DNA of 64,000 bases from Eledone cirrhosa (taxonomy: Eukaryota): NCBI GenBank assembly GCA_964016885.1, contig OZ024742.1, forward strand, positions 107,570,001 to 107,634,000, in the 5' to 3' direction. How positions within the stretch are numbered: position 1 is the stretch's first letter; the number at the start of each line of letters is the position of its first letter. The position numbers and the translations under genes were made by a program. A model generated the notes under the pieces. The model made no database searches. It was given only the letters and a program-made list of their open reading frames with translations, and was not told where the DNA came from. Shown in pieces: positions 1-13,011 of this stretch.

Positions 1-157
1 AATTAACCGGAGATTATCAATTATATAATTATATAGCTTATTATATATTTTATGCTTACTTTTAATCATTTATTTTTCATTTTATACTGTAAATATTATA
101 TGTATTATATTTTAATTTTATTTTCATTTGTATTTTTCATTTGTATTTTTATTTTTA

Positions 158-163
<6 letters not shown>

Positions 164-231
<68 letters not shown>
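164..231. repeat. (ATT)n microsatellite
   Basis: Direct reading of ATT tandem. Confidence 0.95.
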
Positions 232-234
<3 letters not shown>

Positions 235-641
235 TATATTTAAACTCTTAATAAGGGTTAGTTTGTGCTTCTATTGATGGAAATGGGTATTGATATATAT
301 GTATATAGGTGTACATATGTATATATATATACATGTATATTGGGCCTTTTAACATTATTATTATTATCATTATTAATTATATTATATTATATTATATTAT
401 ATTAGATTATATATAGTACAATAATTCCCGCTCTATATCACCACCTCTGTTTTAGCTCTAGTTTTTGCATTGGACTATATTTGTAATATGGTTCAAAATG
501 TTACTTACTTCCTTAGCAATTTTCACTTGATAATTTTTTACTTGATAATTTTTACCCGATTATTTTCCTATGATTTAATCTATGTACATTCCATATTCTT
601 CTGAGTTTTCGGCTTGTATTGGCCGATAGTGCTTCATATAG

Positions 642-695
642 CTTTAATTGCCCTGATGAGTCCTTAATAGGACGAAATATTGTTGGCTAATAAAG
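642..695 (+). ncRNA. Type I hammerhead ribozyme motif (minimal stem III)
   Basis: CTGATGA(653)-GTCC ttaata GGAC-GAAA-TATTG-TT; imperfect stem I CTTTAATTGCC/GGCTAATAAAG. Confidence 0.7.
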
Positions 696-748
696 ACTTT
701 TGATGTATTGAAGGCTTCTTTGGTTTATTTTCATAATATATATATATA

Positions 749-2231
749 TCTAGTGGGTCCGGGTATGATTTTACATTCATTTAAATTATTGACGTATTGT
801 TTTATTGATATTTTTTATCTGTTTGGCCCGAATCTTCCTTTATCGATTTTAAATCGTATGGTTGATTGTAGACTTGTTCTATATGTGACGGTATTTTAAC
901 GATAGTTATAGCTCTGATTCATCTGAATTATTGAGCCCTCTGCCGCTCATATCGAATTTCGTTTTTCGTGAACTCGTGCGCCGATTTTTCGATACTCGAT
1001 CTTTCTAATATATTTAGCTCTGGACTTAGCTATCCACCAGTTAATTTTATTGCTCATTTTTTGTCGATTCTATTGAGTGATGAATAGCTTTTGTTTTATT
1101 TTAACATGTCTATTGAGCACTCTAATTCGATATGTGTATTTCCACATTCACTCGAATTGTTTTCGCGGATATAGGGGTCATCTCCCTTGTCTAATGCCAT
1201 GTGCGTTTTTCACCGCTAGTTGACTCCTCTGCCGCCAGGAAAAAACTCGTTGACAACGTAAACTCCGTTCCACTTATTCTAGTAGGCTTTTATATTTATA
1301 TGTGAGCTGATAGAGTACAGTCTAAGGATTTACAGAAACCCATGAAGCTAGATTTAACACCTTTCTAGTGGGTCCGGGTATGATTTTACATTCATTTAAA
1401 TTATTGACGTATTGTTTTATTGATATTTTTTATCTGTTTGGCCCGAATCTTCCTTTATCGATTTTAAATCGTATGGTTGATTGTAGACTTGTTCTATATG
1501 TGACGGTATTTTAACGATAGTTATAGCTCTGATTCATCTGAATTATTGAGCCCTCTGCCGCTCATATCGAATTTCGTTTTTCGTGAACTCGTGCGCCGAT
1601 TTTTCGATACTCGATCTTTCTAATATATTTAGCTCTGGACTTAGCTATCCACCAGTTAATTTTATTGCTCATTTTTTGTCGATTCTATTGAGTGATGAAT
1701 AGCTTTTGTTTTATTTTAACATGTCTATTGAGCACTCTAATTCGATATGTGTATTTCCACATTCACTCGAATTGTTTTCGCGGATATAGGGGTCATCTCC
1801 CTTGTCTAATGCCATGTGCGTTTTTCACCGCTAGTTGACTCCTCTGCCGCCAGGAAAAAACTCGTTGACAACGTAAACTCCGTTCCACTTATTCTAGTAG
1901 GCTTTTATATTTATATGTGAGCTGATAGAGTACAGTCTAAGGATTTACAGAAACCCATGAAGCTAGATTTAACACCTTTCTAGTGGGTCCGGGTATGATT
2001 TTACATTCATTTAAATTATTGACGTATTGTTTTATTGATATTTTTTATCTGTTTGGCCCGAATCTTCCTTTATCGATTTTAAATCGTATGGTTGATTGTA
2101 GACTTGTTCTATATGTGACGGTATTTTAACGATAGTTATAGCTCTGATTCATCTGAATTATTGAGCCCTCTGCCGCTCATATCGAATTTCGTTTTTCGTG
2201 AACTCGTGCGCCGATTTTTCGATACTCGATC

Positions 2232-2240
<9 letters not shown>
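749..2240. repeat. 615-bp tandem repeat, about 2.4 near-identical copies, bounded by (TA)n
   Basis: TAGTGGGTCCGGGTATG starts at 751, 1366 and 1981. Confidence 0.95.
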
Positions 2241-2288
<48 letters not shown>

Positions 2289-2365
2289 CAGATATATTAT
2301 TATATATATATATAACCGTTAAGGCATGATTCCTGGATATGTCACTATTTATAAAACAAACTTTG

Positions 2366-2426
2366 TATTTTATCTGATGAGAGCGTACTAAAGTTTTGAT
2401 ACCCTTGAAATATATATAATAGAATA
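2366..2426 (+). ncRNA. Type I hammerhead ribozyme motif (family A)
   Basis: TATTTTAT-CTGATGA-GAGCGTA..TACCCTT-GAAA-TATATA-TA-ATAGAATA; homologues at 15805 and 34134. Confidence 0.7.
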
Positions 2427-2554
2427 AATATGGTTTTATAAATATAGTTTCCATTTATAATATCATTGATATTATACCCCAGAAAACTTGTCGAGTGCTT
2501 CGAATCTGTTACAAATATATTTGTTGAATTACCAACAAATTAAATATCCCTTTG

Positions 2555-2604
<50 letters not shown>

Positions 2605-2625
2605 GAGAGAGAGAGAGAGAGAGAT

Positions 2626-2980
<355 letters not shown>

Positions 2981-3497
2981 GTATATATATGTACACACGT
3001 ATACATGACTAAATATGACCTTTAGTTACTTAACTCTTAGTTGAATAATAATAATACTGCCGATCTTTCTCATATAATATTATCGTCACGATAATTTCCT
3101 ATATAAATTAATAAATATGTGTTTACAGTGATGATAGAAAAGATTATATGTCAATAGACATTGTAGGAGGACCACATAAACATAATGTAGTTAAATATTT
3201 AACACACATATCCGTAGTTACGGTGCAATCGTGCCTGTAATGATCGTTATGTCACGATTCAAATTATATTGGCCGAAAAATAAATGTTATAATACAATGG
3301 GAAATATTTGAGATTATTTCCTAATGTTTGTCAATTGTTTTATAATAATAATAATACACTATAGTAGGAATATATTGTGTGTGGGGGGTAGAGAGGGAGA
3401 GAAGGAGAGAAAGAGAGGGGGCAGATACAGAGGGAGGGGGGATGTAGAGAGGGGGGGGGGAAGGAGAGAGATAGCGGGAGTGTTAAAAATAAAGAAA

Positions 3498-3538
<41 letters not shown>

Positions 3539-3575
3539 CATACATATATATATATATACACACACATATATATAT

Positions 3576-3608
<33 letters not shown>

Positions 3609-4249
3609 CATACATATATCTATATATATATATAAACAGGTTATATATATATGTATCTCTATATATATATATTCAGGTCTGTACTACAACGACACCATAC
3701 GAGGTACGTGCGTTTCGATGATCGTTGATGATCAACTTGTTCAAACTGTACCGATGAAAAAGAACCGGAAAGTGTTTACTCATAAGGGCGAAAAAAAAAA
3801 CATAGCTGTAAAAATCAGGCAGAACAAAAAACAAGAAAACATAGACATAGAAGGAATATAATATATTAGCTGCCGGGACACTGCATCCTTTAAAACCTCC
3901 ATGCTTTCTGAAATTCGCCAACACTATACCTGATATCCCCCCTCCAAACACACGCATACATGTATATCAGGACTTATAGACTGTTCCTTTTCCTGACATT
4001 TGTACATTATTCTATGTACTATACATGCACCTTTGTTGAGTTGTAGTGCACCTGAGCACTGTACACAATAATTTCATAATTTTTTTTTTAAATTAAGGGA
4101 GTGGAAAATTCGTCATTTATTATATGTATGGTCCTGTAACTCGTAAGGGAATTTGAAAACCTGGCGGAGCCGATTTCCTCACCAGGTCTGAATACAGAGA
4201 AAGATAGAGAGAGTGACAGAAAGGAAGTGAGAAAGAAATATAGAGGAAG

Positions 4250-4400
4250 AATCGACCCTAGTACTTGACTGGTACTTATTTTATCGATCTCGAATGGAAG
4301 AAAGGCAAAGTTGACCTCGGCGGGATTTGAACTCAGAGAGCAGAAAGCCGAAACGAATACCGCAAAGCATTCTATCTGACGTTCTAACGACTCTGCCAAT
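4250..4400 (-). mobile_element. tRNA-derived SINE copy
   Basis: Shared core TACTGGTACTT(T)ATTTTATCGAC..AAAGGCAAAGTTGACCTCGGCGGGATTTGAACTC, found more than 12 times in the window; B-box-like GAGTTCAAATCC on the sense strand. Confidence 0.8.
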
Positions 4401-5299
4401 GACCAGTGAACGGAATAAGTAGTGCGTGTGTCCCAGACCATGTTTACCTCTGCCCCTGTAATAGTGTTTATGTTCCGTAAATTAATTGTTCGTTAGGAAA
4501 CAAACAAACAAGCAAACAAACAAAACAAAACAAAAAAAAACGATCGATAAAATAAGTACTAGGGCCGATACGATCTGTTAAATCAAAGCGGTACCCCAGC
4601 ATGGTCACTGTCTAATAACTAAAACTAGTCAAATAATGAATGACTAAATACACCAATAAATAATATGAACATCGAAACTGAAGCTAATTTAGAGATAATG
4701 TAAGCCAAGTAATTAAAATAAAACTTTTCCTTAAACGCCATTTACTGTTGAACAATAGTAATTATTCAAATAATAATTAGTCAAAGAATAATTAATGTCT
4801 TATATGTTCTAAGTAGATATAATCGTTCTTTTTCTTCTTTCTTAATTTATTGTGGCGGACAAATGATGATTACATAATCAATGTGCAATTAACGATATTC
4901 ATCAATCATTTACTAATTACGACAAAGACACAGGAAATTACTTTTTATTTTTTCTCTTTAAACAATTACTGTATATACGCATATTAATGTTGAAGTTTTT
5001 CACTATATTTTTTAGGTTAAATGTATGAAGTTGGCTATTACATGGATATTATTTTCCAAAGGCTGAAATTCCCACTACAATTCAAAATACCGTATAAATA
5101 AACTGAAGCCCAAAGGACTCGAAATGAATAAAATAATGATACCGTTTTTACATATCAAAACACATTTCCTTCCACCAAAGCTTAGGAATAAAACCGCGTA
5201 GCTCTTATAAACTTGCGTACATCATGACATACTTTGCCTTTCATCTTTTCGAGGTCGATAAAAAAGTATCAGCCCTCTATATCTCTTTCTCACCCCCTC

Positions 5300-5367
<68 letters not shown>

Positions 5368-5530
5368 CCCCAACTCTCTCTCTCGTTCCCCTGTGGAAGA
5401 AATCGGCTGTTTTCAGACATGACGAGGAGATGGGTTTCGCTAGGTTTTAAAAAATGCCGAAGATGTAGAACACTACGGCGCCTTCACGACTTCACCAGGA
5501 AGAACGGGTACATACATACATACATACATA

Positions 5531-5872
5531 ATGTATGTAAGAAAAATACAAGAGAGGGAGGATATCTACGGACCATTGATGAGGAGTTTACAAATCCAGT
5601 ATCTAAGATACACCTTCAGCTTCATACCCATCATTATTGGAGCTACAGGTTATATACCAGCCCGCTTGGACCAAAGTATAACTGAACTTGGATTTGTGGA
5701 CAAAGAGCGCAGCTCCCTAATTCATAGAATACAAATGGTTGCGATAGCTGGCACCTTAAAAATTTGCAAAACATTCTTGCGATTCAAAGGATAACAATTT
5801 CTTTTCTTTTACAACCTTGCCACCAGGAAGGTGACCGGTCAAAAATGTACTCGAAATTAAGAGAAAGAGAAA
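5531..5872 (+). mobile_element. 3' fragment of an R4/Dong-type non-LTR retrotransposon
   Basis: YGPLMRSLQIQY..FIPIIIGATG..GTLKICKTFL is homologous to the C-terminus of the element at 9580-9800; (TACA)n on both sides. Confidence 0.8.
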
Positions 5873-5930
5873 CATACATATATAAATGCATACATACATA
5901 CATAAATACATACATACATACATGCATACA

Positions 5931-8900
5931 TCAGTCAACGCGATCAGTCGCATATTTTGGCGTGGGAGACTATTTATTAAACTTAAGATGAATACTATCT
6001 CCGACAGTAATGCCACAACTACAGTCATGTTGAATAACTGGTTATTCTTCTAACTATATCTTCTGAAGACACCTTTTATTCTAATTCGTAGAGATATCCG
6101 ACTAAATACATAATTCATTTTACAAGGATTTGCTACAAACAGCATGGCTGAACACAACATCAACAACAAAATTAAGGAAGTATCCAAGACAAACAACGAG
6201 AAAGGTAAACAAACTTTATTCAGTTGTAGCTACAGAAGAAACCGAAATTATAAATCGCATTGCTCTTGGAGTTGCGAACATAATGATGATTTATTTAATT
6301 GCTATAAAATGGCAAAAAAACAATCCCTCCATTGGCTATGAACAGAATGAAGCTACACTGGGATGAAATACTCACAGGACTAAATTATTCCACAGCGAAA
6401 CAATTACGCCAACAAGCGACGTTTGTTGAACGTAAAAATAAGATAAATATTATTAATTGTAAGTCCCCCACAACAAACATGGAATCAACACCACGTGCTA
6501 CAGATCACCATGCTACTAGACTTCCTAGCAGCCAGGTCGAACAGTGCCTTGAAACAACTATGCCTGTAAGAAACTTGACACCACCTGTACCATCTAAGTC
6601 TACCTCGAATGCTGGGGAAAACACTATCGATAATAATAATAATCGAAGAAATAATAATAATAATCGAAGAAATGTGACACCACGTGTACCATCCGAGTCT
6701 ACCTCGACTGTTGTGGAAAATACTATCGATAATGATAATAATCAAAAGTATAAACAATTGAAAATTTCCCCCAACGAAATCTTCCAGAGAGAAATTAATT
6801 TATGTATAAATATTTCTCTTGCTGAACGTATTAAAACGACAATATTTAATAAAAAAAATAAATAAGGAAATATTACGTGTTATTGACGAAATAGGGGATG
6901 AATATTTACGACGGATAAAAACCCAACATTTAGCAAATCAACGCCTGTTTATATGCTTTAGCAACGACAGTGAAACATTATCTTGGTGATAGCAGAGATA
7001 TTAACAAGAACAAAACACCACAAAAAAATACCATCATATATAACTAAAATAGAAAAAAAGATTGCTGACCTACGATATGTGACAATGCTCCTTACATACA
7101 AACAAACACAAAAAAACCTCACTGCTCACCAACAAAGAGTGAAAAATAAAATAGAGACGATATTTGGTAACAGTAGAACCAGAACTCTTCAATATAAACT
7201 GATCACCCTCACACAAGAATTGAGAGCTGTTAGCGAAAAACGCCGATACCTGAAGAAGGTAGATGAGAGAAAAGTCCTTAATAAAAGATTCAGACGAAAC
7301 CAAACATCAGTGTATAGAGATATGAAGAACAAAATAATAAGTGTCACTGAGGCCTCATCCCAGAAAGACAGATTCCTTTTGGAGAAATATATGGGGTGAA
7401 AAGAAGAATTTCAACCAAGATGCAGTGTGGCTAAAAGAAATCCGAAAGAACCATTGTTCCTACACTACAACAAAAACATACGAAATAAGTGAGGGTACCC
7501 TTGAGACTGTGATAGGAAAACACCAAGATAAGAAAACACCAGGAAGAGACATGATTGTCGGCTACTGGTACAAAAAACTGATATTCTATCGGAGGTATCT
7601 TACTGACCTCTACCAACAAGTTCTTAAGGGAGATACACTTATACCAGAATGGTTGACATTAGCACAAACATTACTGGTCCCCAAGAACAAAGACACCCAC
7701 TTGGCAAAAATCTACCGACCCATTGCATACCAGAACCTGATGTATAAGATGTATACAGCTTGTCTGAACCTATTCCTCCAAGATCACTCTGAAAATAATA
7801 ACATCATCACAGATAAACAAGCAGCTGGAAAGAAAGGGGTTTGGGGATATGCTGAATAACCCCTAATCAACTGCTCGTCGGAGGTGCGACAACTTAGGAG
7901 GAATATGGCTACAGTCTGGCTGGACTACAGGAAAACTTTCGATTCTGTTCCCCACTCTTGGATGATAGAGGCCCTTCAACTCGCCAAAGTCCCAGACATT
8001 ATTATCAGAGCCATAGAGAAGCTGTCTTCTTCTTGGGCTACTATCCTAAGGTTAAAGACAGAGAGGGAGGACTATTTTCACTGATAAAATAAAATATTGC
8101 AGGGGTATATTTCAGGGAGACAGTCTCTCTGTGATATTATTCATTCTGTCATTAAACCCCTTGTCCTTTCTGCTCAAGAAATGTGAAGGATACATCATTG
8201 GCTCACAGGAGGACAGAAATACGAACCTAACCCATAATTTCTTTGTGGATGATCTGAAACTCTATGCCAAGAACATGGATGGGATAAAGAAAAATCTTGA
8301 CCTGGTTACAACGTTCTCAAAGGATATAGGAATGGAGTTTGGCCAAGATAAATGCTCATACATGACTGTAAAGCGGGGGAAAACAACCCAATCTATCAAC
8401 ATTGTCATCAATGGCCTAACTGTTTCATCGATATCTGATGAGGACTACTACAGATACCTGGGGATAGATGAGAACATATCCTATAATGGTATCTGTAATA
8501 AGGAACGCGTAACCAGGGAATACTACACCCGTTTAAGAAAGATTTGGTCATCGGAACTCTCTGTGCAAAACAAAACAGTGGCTCACAATGTGTTTGCTGT
8601 GCCTGTCCTAACACCAACTTTTGGAATACTCAATTGGACGATAGACGAAATCCGAGCAGTTGATGTTGGAACTCGAAAAATACTAAACAACACCGGAAAC
8701 TTCTACATCAACAGCGACATAGACCGCCTTTACTTGAAACGTAAGTAGGGAGGCAGAGGCCTAACACCAGTCCAGGCAGCATTTGAATGTCGCATCATAT
8801 CCCTCCGACAACATCTACGAACCTCGAAGCATAGGAGCCCGTCTCTCGAACAAGTCTATCTTCATGAAACAGATAAGATCATGAGAGTTGGGAAGGAACT

Positions 8901-9810
8901 CCTCGAGAGATATTCCCTGAGTGATAATCAAAAACTCACACCCAGGGATGTCGCTCAGCGTATCGCAGTGAATCAATGGATGAAAAACTGCATGCTTATC
9001 AGCAAAAAAATCAAGCATGGATATGTTGCCAGAAAACTCCAGAGTGAGAGTAATATAGATAAGGAAAGTAGTCTATCTTGGACCAACAACCGCTATATTG
9101 GCTCCCACTTTGAAGGATACGCTTTTGCAATCCAAGAACAGGAAATTAACACGAAATACCTGATTCACAAAAGAGATAGGGATGCAGGCAAAACACCTAG
9201 ATGTGATAGCAAGTGCAGACTCTGCCAAACTAACATCGAAGATATCACCCATGTCATCAGCAGCTGTCTAAAGATGTCATGGCGGTACTATCTACCTATG
9301 AGGCATGATGTAGTGGCCAAAACACTGTACAATGCAATCCATAGAAAAGATAGCCCCGATAATAAACACATTAAAAGCTACAGCAATGTGGATGACATCC
9401 ATGTACATAATATGAAAGACTACTGGTGGAATTGTTCCAGTAAAAACCCTAATAAAATGCAGGCATAACAGACCAGATATTATGATATGGGTCAGGGAGA
9501 AGAAAGCATGCACAGTAGTGGAAATTAGCTGCCCAGCAGATGCCAATATAATATCAAAGATTAGCGAAAAGGAGAATATTTATGCAGAACTGATGAGATA
9601 TCTGCAGATACTCCACCCTGATTTACACCTTCAGATTTATGCCTGTGATTATTGGGGAACTGGGGTATGTTAGTAACTGCCTCAATACAAATCTTGAGAA
9701 GCTAGGCTTCACAGGAACAGAAAGAACACAACTAATTAGGAAGTACAATCCATTAATGGAACAGTAAAAATATGTAATACATTCCAAAATTTTGCATCCA
9801 ATAACTGCAT
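5931..9810 (+). mobile_element. Near full-length R4/Dong-type (RLE) non-LTR retrotransposon inserted in (TACA)n, decayed
   Basis: Single-ORF architecture with RT, CCHC knuckle and restriction-like endonuclease; starts directly after a TACA tract. Confidence 0.9.
6144..9803 (+). pseudogene. RT-RLE polyprotein pseudogene with several frameshifts and stops
   Basis: YRPIA, VWLDYRKTFDSVPHSW, GIFQGDSLS, FFVDDLKLYA, YRYLG, GGRGL after the TAG at 8746, CRLC..HVISSC, RHDVVA, RPDI..VEISCP. Confidence 0.9.
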
Positions 9811-10051
9811 ATACACATGTACAGATACAAAGCATATACACATGCACACATACAACTCAAAACATACACGTCCACACATACAATAACATCCATATCTACA
9901 CTTGCATGCATGCAGACATGCATACATATCTACCTAGTTGATGTGTAAATTCCAATTAGAGAGTCTTATGTCTATGTTAAACACCGATTCTCTCTCTATT
10001 GGTAAAAATTTGGGAAATTATAAAACCAGAAGAACATACATACATACATGC

Positions 10052-10652
10052 ATGGTGGCTGCCAACTCGTTTTCGAGTACGGCCACTACTTTATATCCAT
10101 GTAGGAGAACCCCTACCGATGCGCTGAACGAGTGTGACCTTTTAGTCCAGCCAGCGACTTGAAAACTCTGGTACAAACACTACACTTGTGACAACTATTG
10201 ACACATAGTGCTGGGCCCATGGTACCATGTGACGACAAGTGCAGAGAGATCGCCAGATATAAAGCAATGCCTGTGCCGTGAAGCTTTTATAGTGAGCAAA
10301 GGCACTGCACAAAGCCAGTCCCACTCTCTTAACCAAGATGATATTTACCAAAAAGAAGAACAAGTCAACATCATTGGATACCATCAGGGTTTCAGGTGTT
10401 ATATCAGAGTTTTCCTTCTCCTAGAATTCTACCTTGACAAAGGCTAAGGGGTCATCTCTCCCGGTGATTTTTGGATGGCCATTGTCTCTTAAGAGCTCCT
10501 TTGCCCTTTGACAGGTTTTGTTTTTAGTCCTGCAGGATGTCCAAAGTCACCCCCCCCTCACCAAGAAACCTTGGTGGGGTTGCCAGTTTAGTCGCCAACG
10601 ACCCGACCATGAGACAGGTTGTACTGGGATACATGTTACCAGTAGCACCTGA
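10052..10652 (-). mobile_element. Probable 5'-UTR fragment of a non-LTR retrotransposon between TACA tracts
   Basis: GC-richer structured segment (GCTACTGGTAAC..CCAGTAC..GGCGACTAAACTGG on minus) resembling RTE/L2-type 5' ends; recognition only. Confidence 0.4.
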
Positions 10653-10899
10653 CATACATGCCTACATACATACATACATACATACATACATACATACATG
10701 CATACATACATACATACATACATACATACATACATACATCATAACATAACATAACAGTGTAATAAAATTAATTTCTTCATCGCGAAATTTATGTTCAGGA
10801 AAATATCTTGATTTAACAAAGTTGGTTTGTTTTGTGTGAAGAGCTAGAGTCGACTTTTACATGAGAGATTTGAAAAAATGTTATATTTTTTGGAGTATA

Positions 10900-11075
10900 C
10901 GCGACTCGGCTGAAAAGTTCATAGGCTGACCAAATGACGTTTATTTTTCAACATAGTCTCTCGAAAGAAACAATGCAGTTATTAATAAGAAGAGTTGAAA
11001 TTAATGCATTCAAGATTTCAAAGCTCTAGCATCACTCCTTCCTAGTCTGTCTATGAACTTTTCAGCCAACCATCG
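10900..11075. mobile_element. Tc1/mariner-type MITE
   Basis: Imperfect TIRs CGCGACTCGGCTGAAAAGTTCATAG / CTATGAACTTTTCAGCCAACCATCG flanked by TA. Confidence 0.75.
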
Positions 11076-11165
11076 TATACGGTATTTATTTCTAACTACA
11101 AATGTTCTTAAAAGTGGTATATAATAATTCTTTTTTAGTACACAATAACTCTTATACATTATTCC

Positions 11166-11295
11166 AGACATTGTTGTAGCTTTCTAAGGTATTTGGTAGA
11201 GACATTAGAATGTCGGATATTTATTCCGAGTCTGAGACAGGAATTCAATTCCTGAAGGTGCGAGTTCGATTTCTGCCGGCAAGTCTCCACTTTTT
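11166..11295 (+). ncRNA. Candidate Pol III-type structured small RNA (tRNA- or vault-like), unassigned
   Basis: A-box-like TAGCTTTCTAAGG, B-box GAGTTCGATT (11262), pairing 5'/3' ends, internal hairpins, T5 terminator. Confidence 0.35.
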
Positions 11296-11682
11296 CTATA
11301 TATAAGTGTTTATATGCCTAAATTGGTCGATTATTTCATAATTAAACTTGCCTTGTAGCAGCTTACAATAAGCTAAACATTTTCTATCTTTTTTTTAGTT
11401 ATTTTTTAGTTATTTGTTTATTTGTTTATTCAATTATATTTTTCATCAACCCTTTATCATAGCAATTCAACATCACTGACTTTTACAGTAATTTAAGATA
11501 ATAGAAATATCATTTAAGAAACAATTCGGTTAGCAATCACGAAGCTGTCACTTTAATGTTCTGATGGCGATTTCGATAACTAACATGTAACATCAGATTT
11601 ATATCTGGCTAGACATTTCTATTGATTATTTCTGATACCACCTGAACATAGGTCGAGAGTTGAGATCAGAACATACCTTAAT

Positions 11683-12372
11683 AATGGTTTCTACTTTTGG
11701 CACAAGGCCAGCAATTACCCAGTTCATTACTGGTACTTTATTTTATCGACCCCGTAAGGATGAAAGGCAAAGTTAACCTCGGCGGGATTTAAACTCAGAC
11801 CGTAAAGGGACGTAACTATGCTGGAAAGCATGGCGTCCGACTCTCTACCGATACTGCCAATCCACCGCCCTTACATACCTTAATAATGGTTTCGTTTCTT
11901 ATATAGGCACAAGGCCAGCAATTTTGGCGGAGGGGATGTCGATTAAATCGACCCCAGTACGTGACTGGTACTTTATTTTATCGACCCCGTAAGGATGAAA
12001 GGCAAAGTTAACCTCGGCGGGATTTGAATTCAGACCGTAAAGGTGCGTAACTCTGCCGCGAAGCATGTTGCCCGACGCTCTACAGATACTGCCAATCCGC
12101 TTCCCTTAGAACATACCTTAATAATAATAACAATAACAACAACAACAATAATAATGATTGCTAATATAGGCACAAGGCCAGCAATACGGGGAGGGGAAAA
12201 GTTGATTAAATCGACGCCAGTGTATTATTGGTACTTTTTATTTTATCGACCCCTTAAGGATGAAAGGCAAAGCTAACCTAGGCGGGATTTGAACTCAGAA
12301 TGTAAAGGACCGTAACTCTATGCCATAAAGCATGTTGTTCGGCGCTCTACCGATACTACCAACCCACCGCCT
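11683..12372 (-). mobile_element. Three head-to-tail tRNA-derived SINE copies
   Basis: Core GGCACAAGGCCAGCAAT..TATCGACCCC.TAAGGATGAAAGGCAAAG repeated at about 11700, 11905 and 12170. Confidence 0.9.
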
Positions 12373-12559
12373 GTGTTATGTGTATTCTTGCTGTCTTTTT
12401 TTCTTGATATTACTGTTGTTTTTTTTCAGTTAATCATTTTCCTCCCTTTTAATCACATTCATGTAATTCGATGAATTCAGATATAAACGCGATAGTATTA
12501 TGTCTTTTCAATACACAAGTATACATCAACGTCTGTATTATTTATTTCAGTGAGGACGT

Positions 12560-12770
12560 TGGATTGGCAGAATAGTTTGAGAGTCGGACAATTGCATAGA
12601 CGTATTTGATCCAGTTCTTCATATTCTGAAGTGAGGTTAACTTCATATTCTCGGTGAGGTTAACTTCGCCTTTCATCCTTTTGGGGTAGATAAAATAAAG
12701 TGTCAGTCAATTTCTGGGATCGATTAAATCGACCCCACACTAAATTACTGGTCTTGAGCCTAAATTAGAA
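12560..12770 (+). mobile_element. Degenerate tRNA-derived SINE
   Basis: TTGGCAGAATAGTT..GAGGTTAACTTCGCCTTTCATCCTT core. Confidence 0.7.
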
Positions 12771-13011
12771 GCCCTTTCGTTCAGCCACATCGTGTAAACT
12801 AGACTAAAGTTGAATCAAGTCCGGCAAACTATGTTTATTCCTGTTGGTCGATATTAACTTCACTTAAATATCTAGTAGCTGTGGAAAATACATGAACATC
12901 ACAACATATTTTCACTTTTTACGATATCTTACCATGTCAAGGGATTCTAACTTCAAACACAGAGCATTTTTCAATTTCATTTCACTTTGTGGTCGATGTA
13001 TAACTAATGTG

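Noticed and set aside
5016-5100. Possible host exon after a polypyrimidine-AG
   Set aside because: All frames close quickly, no clear donor site and no recognisable product.
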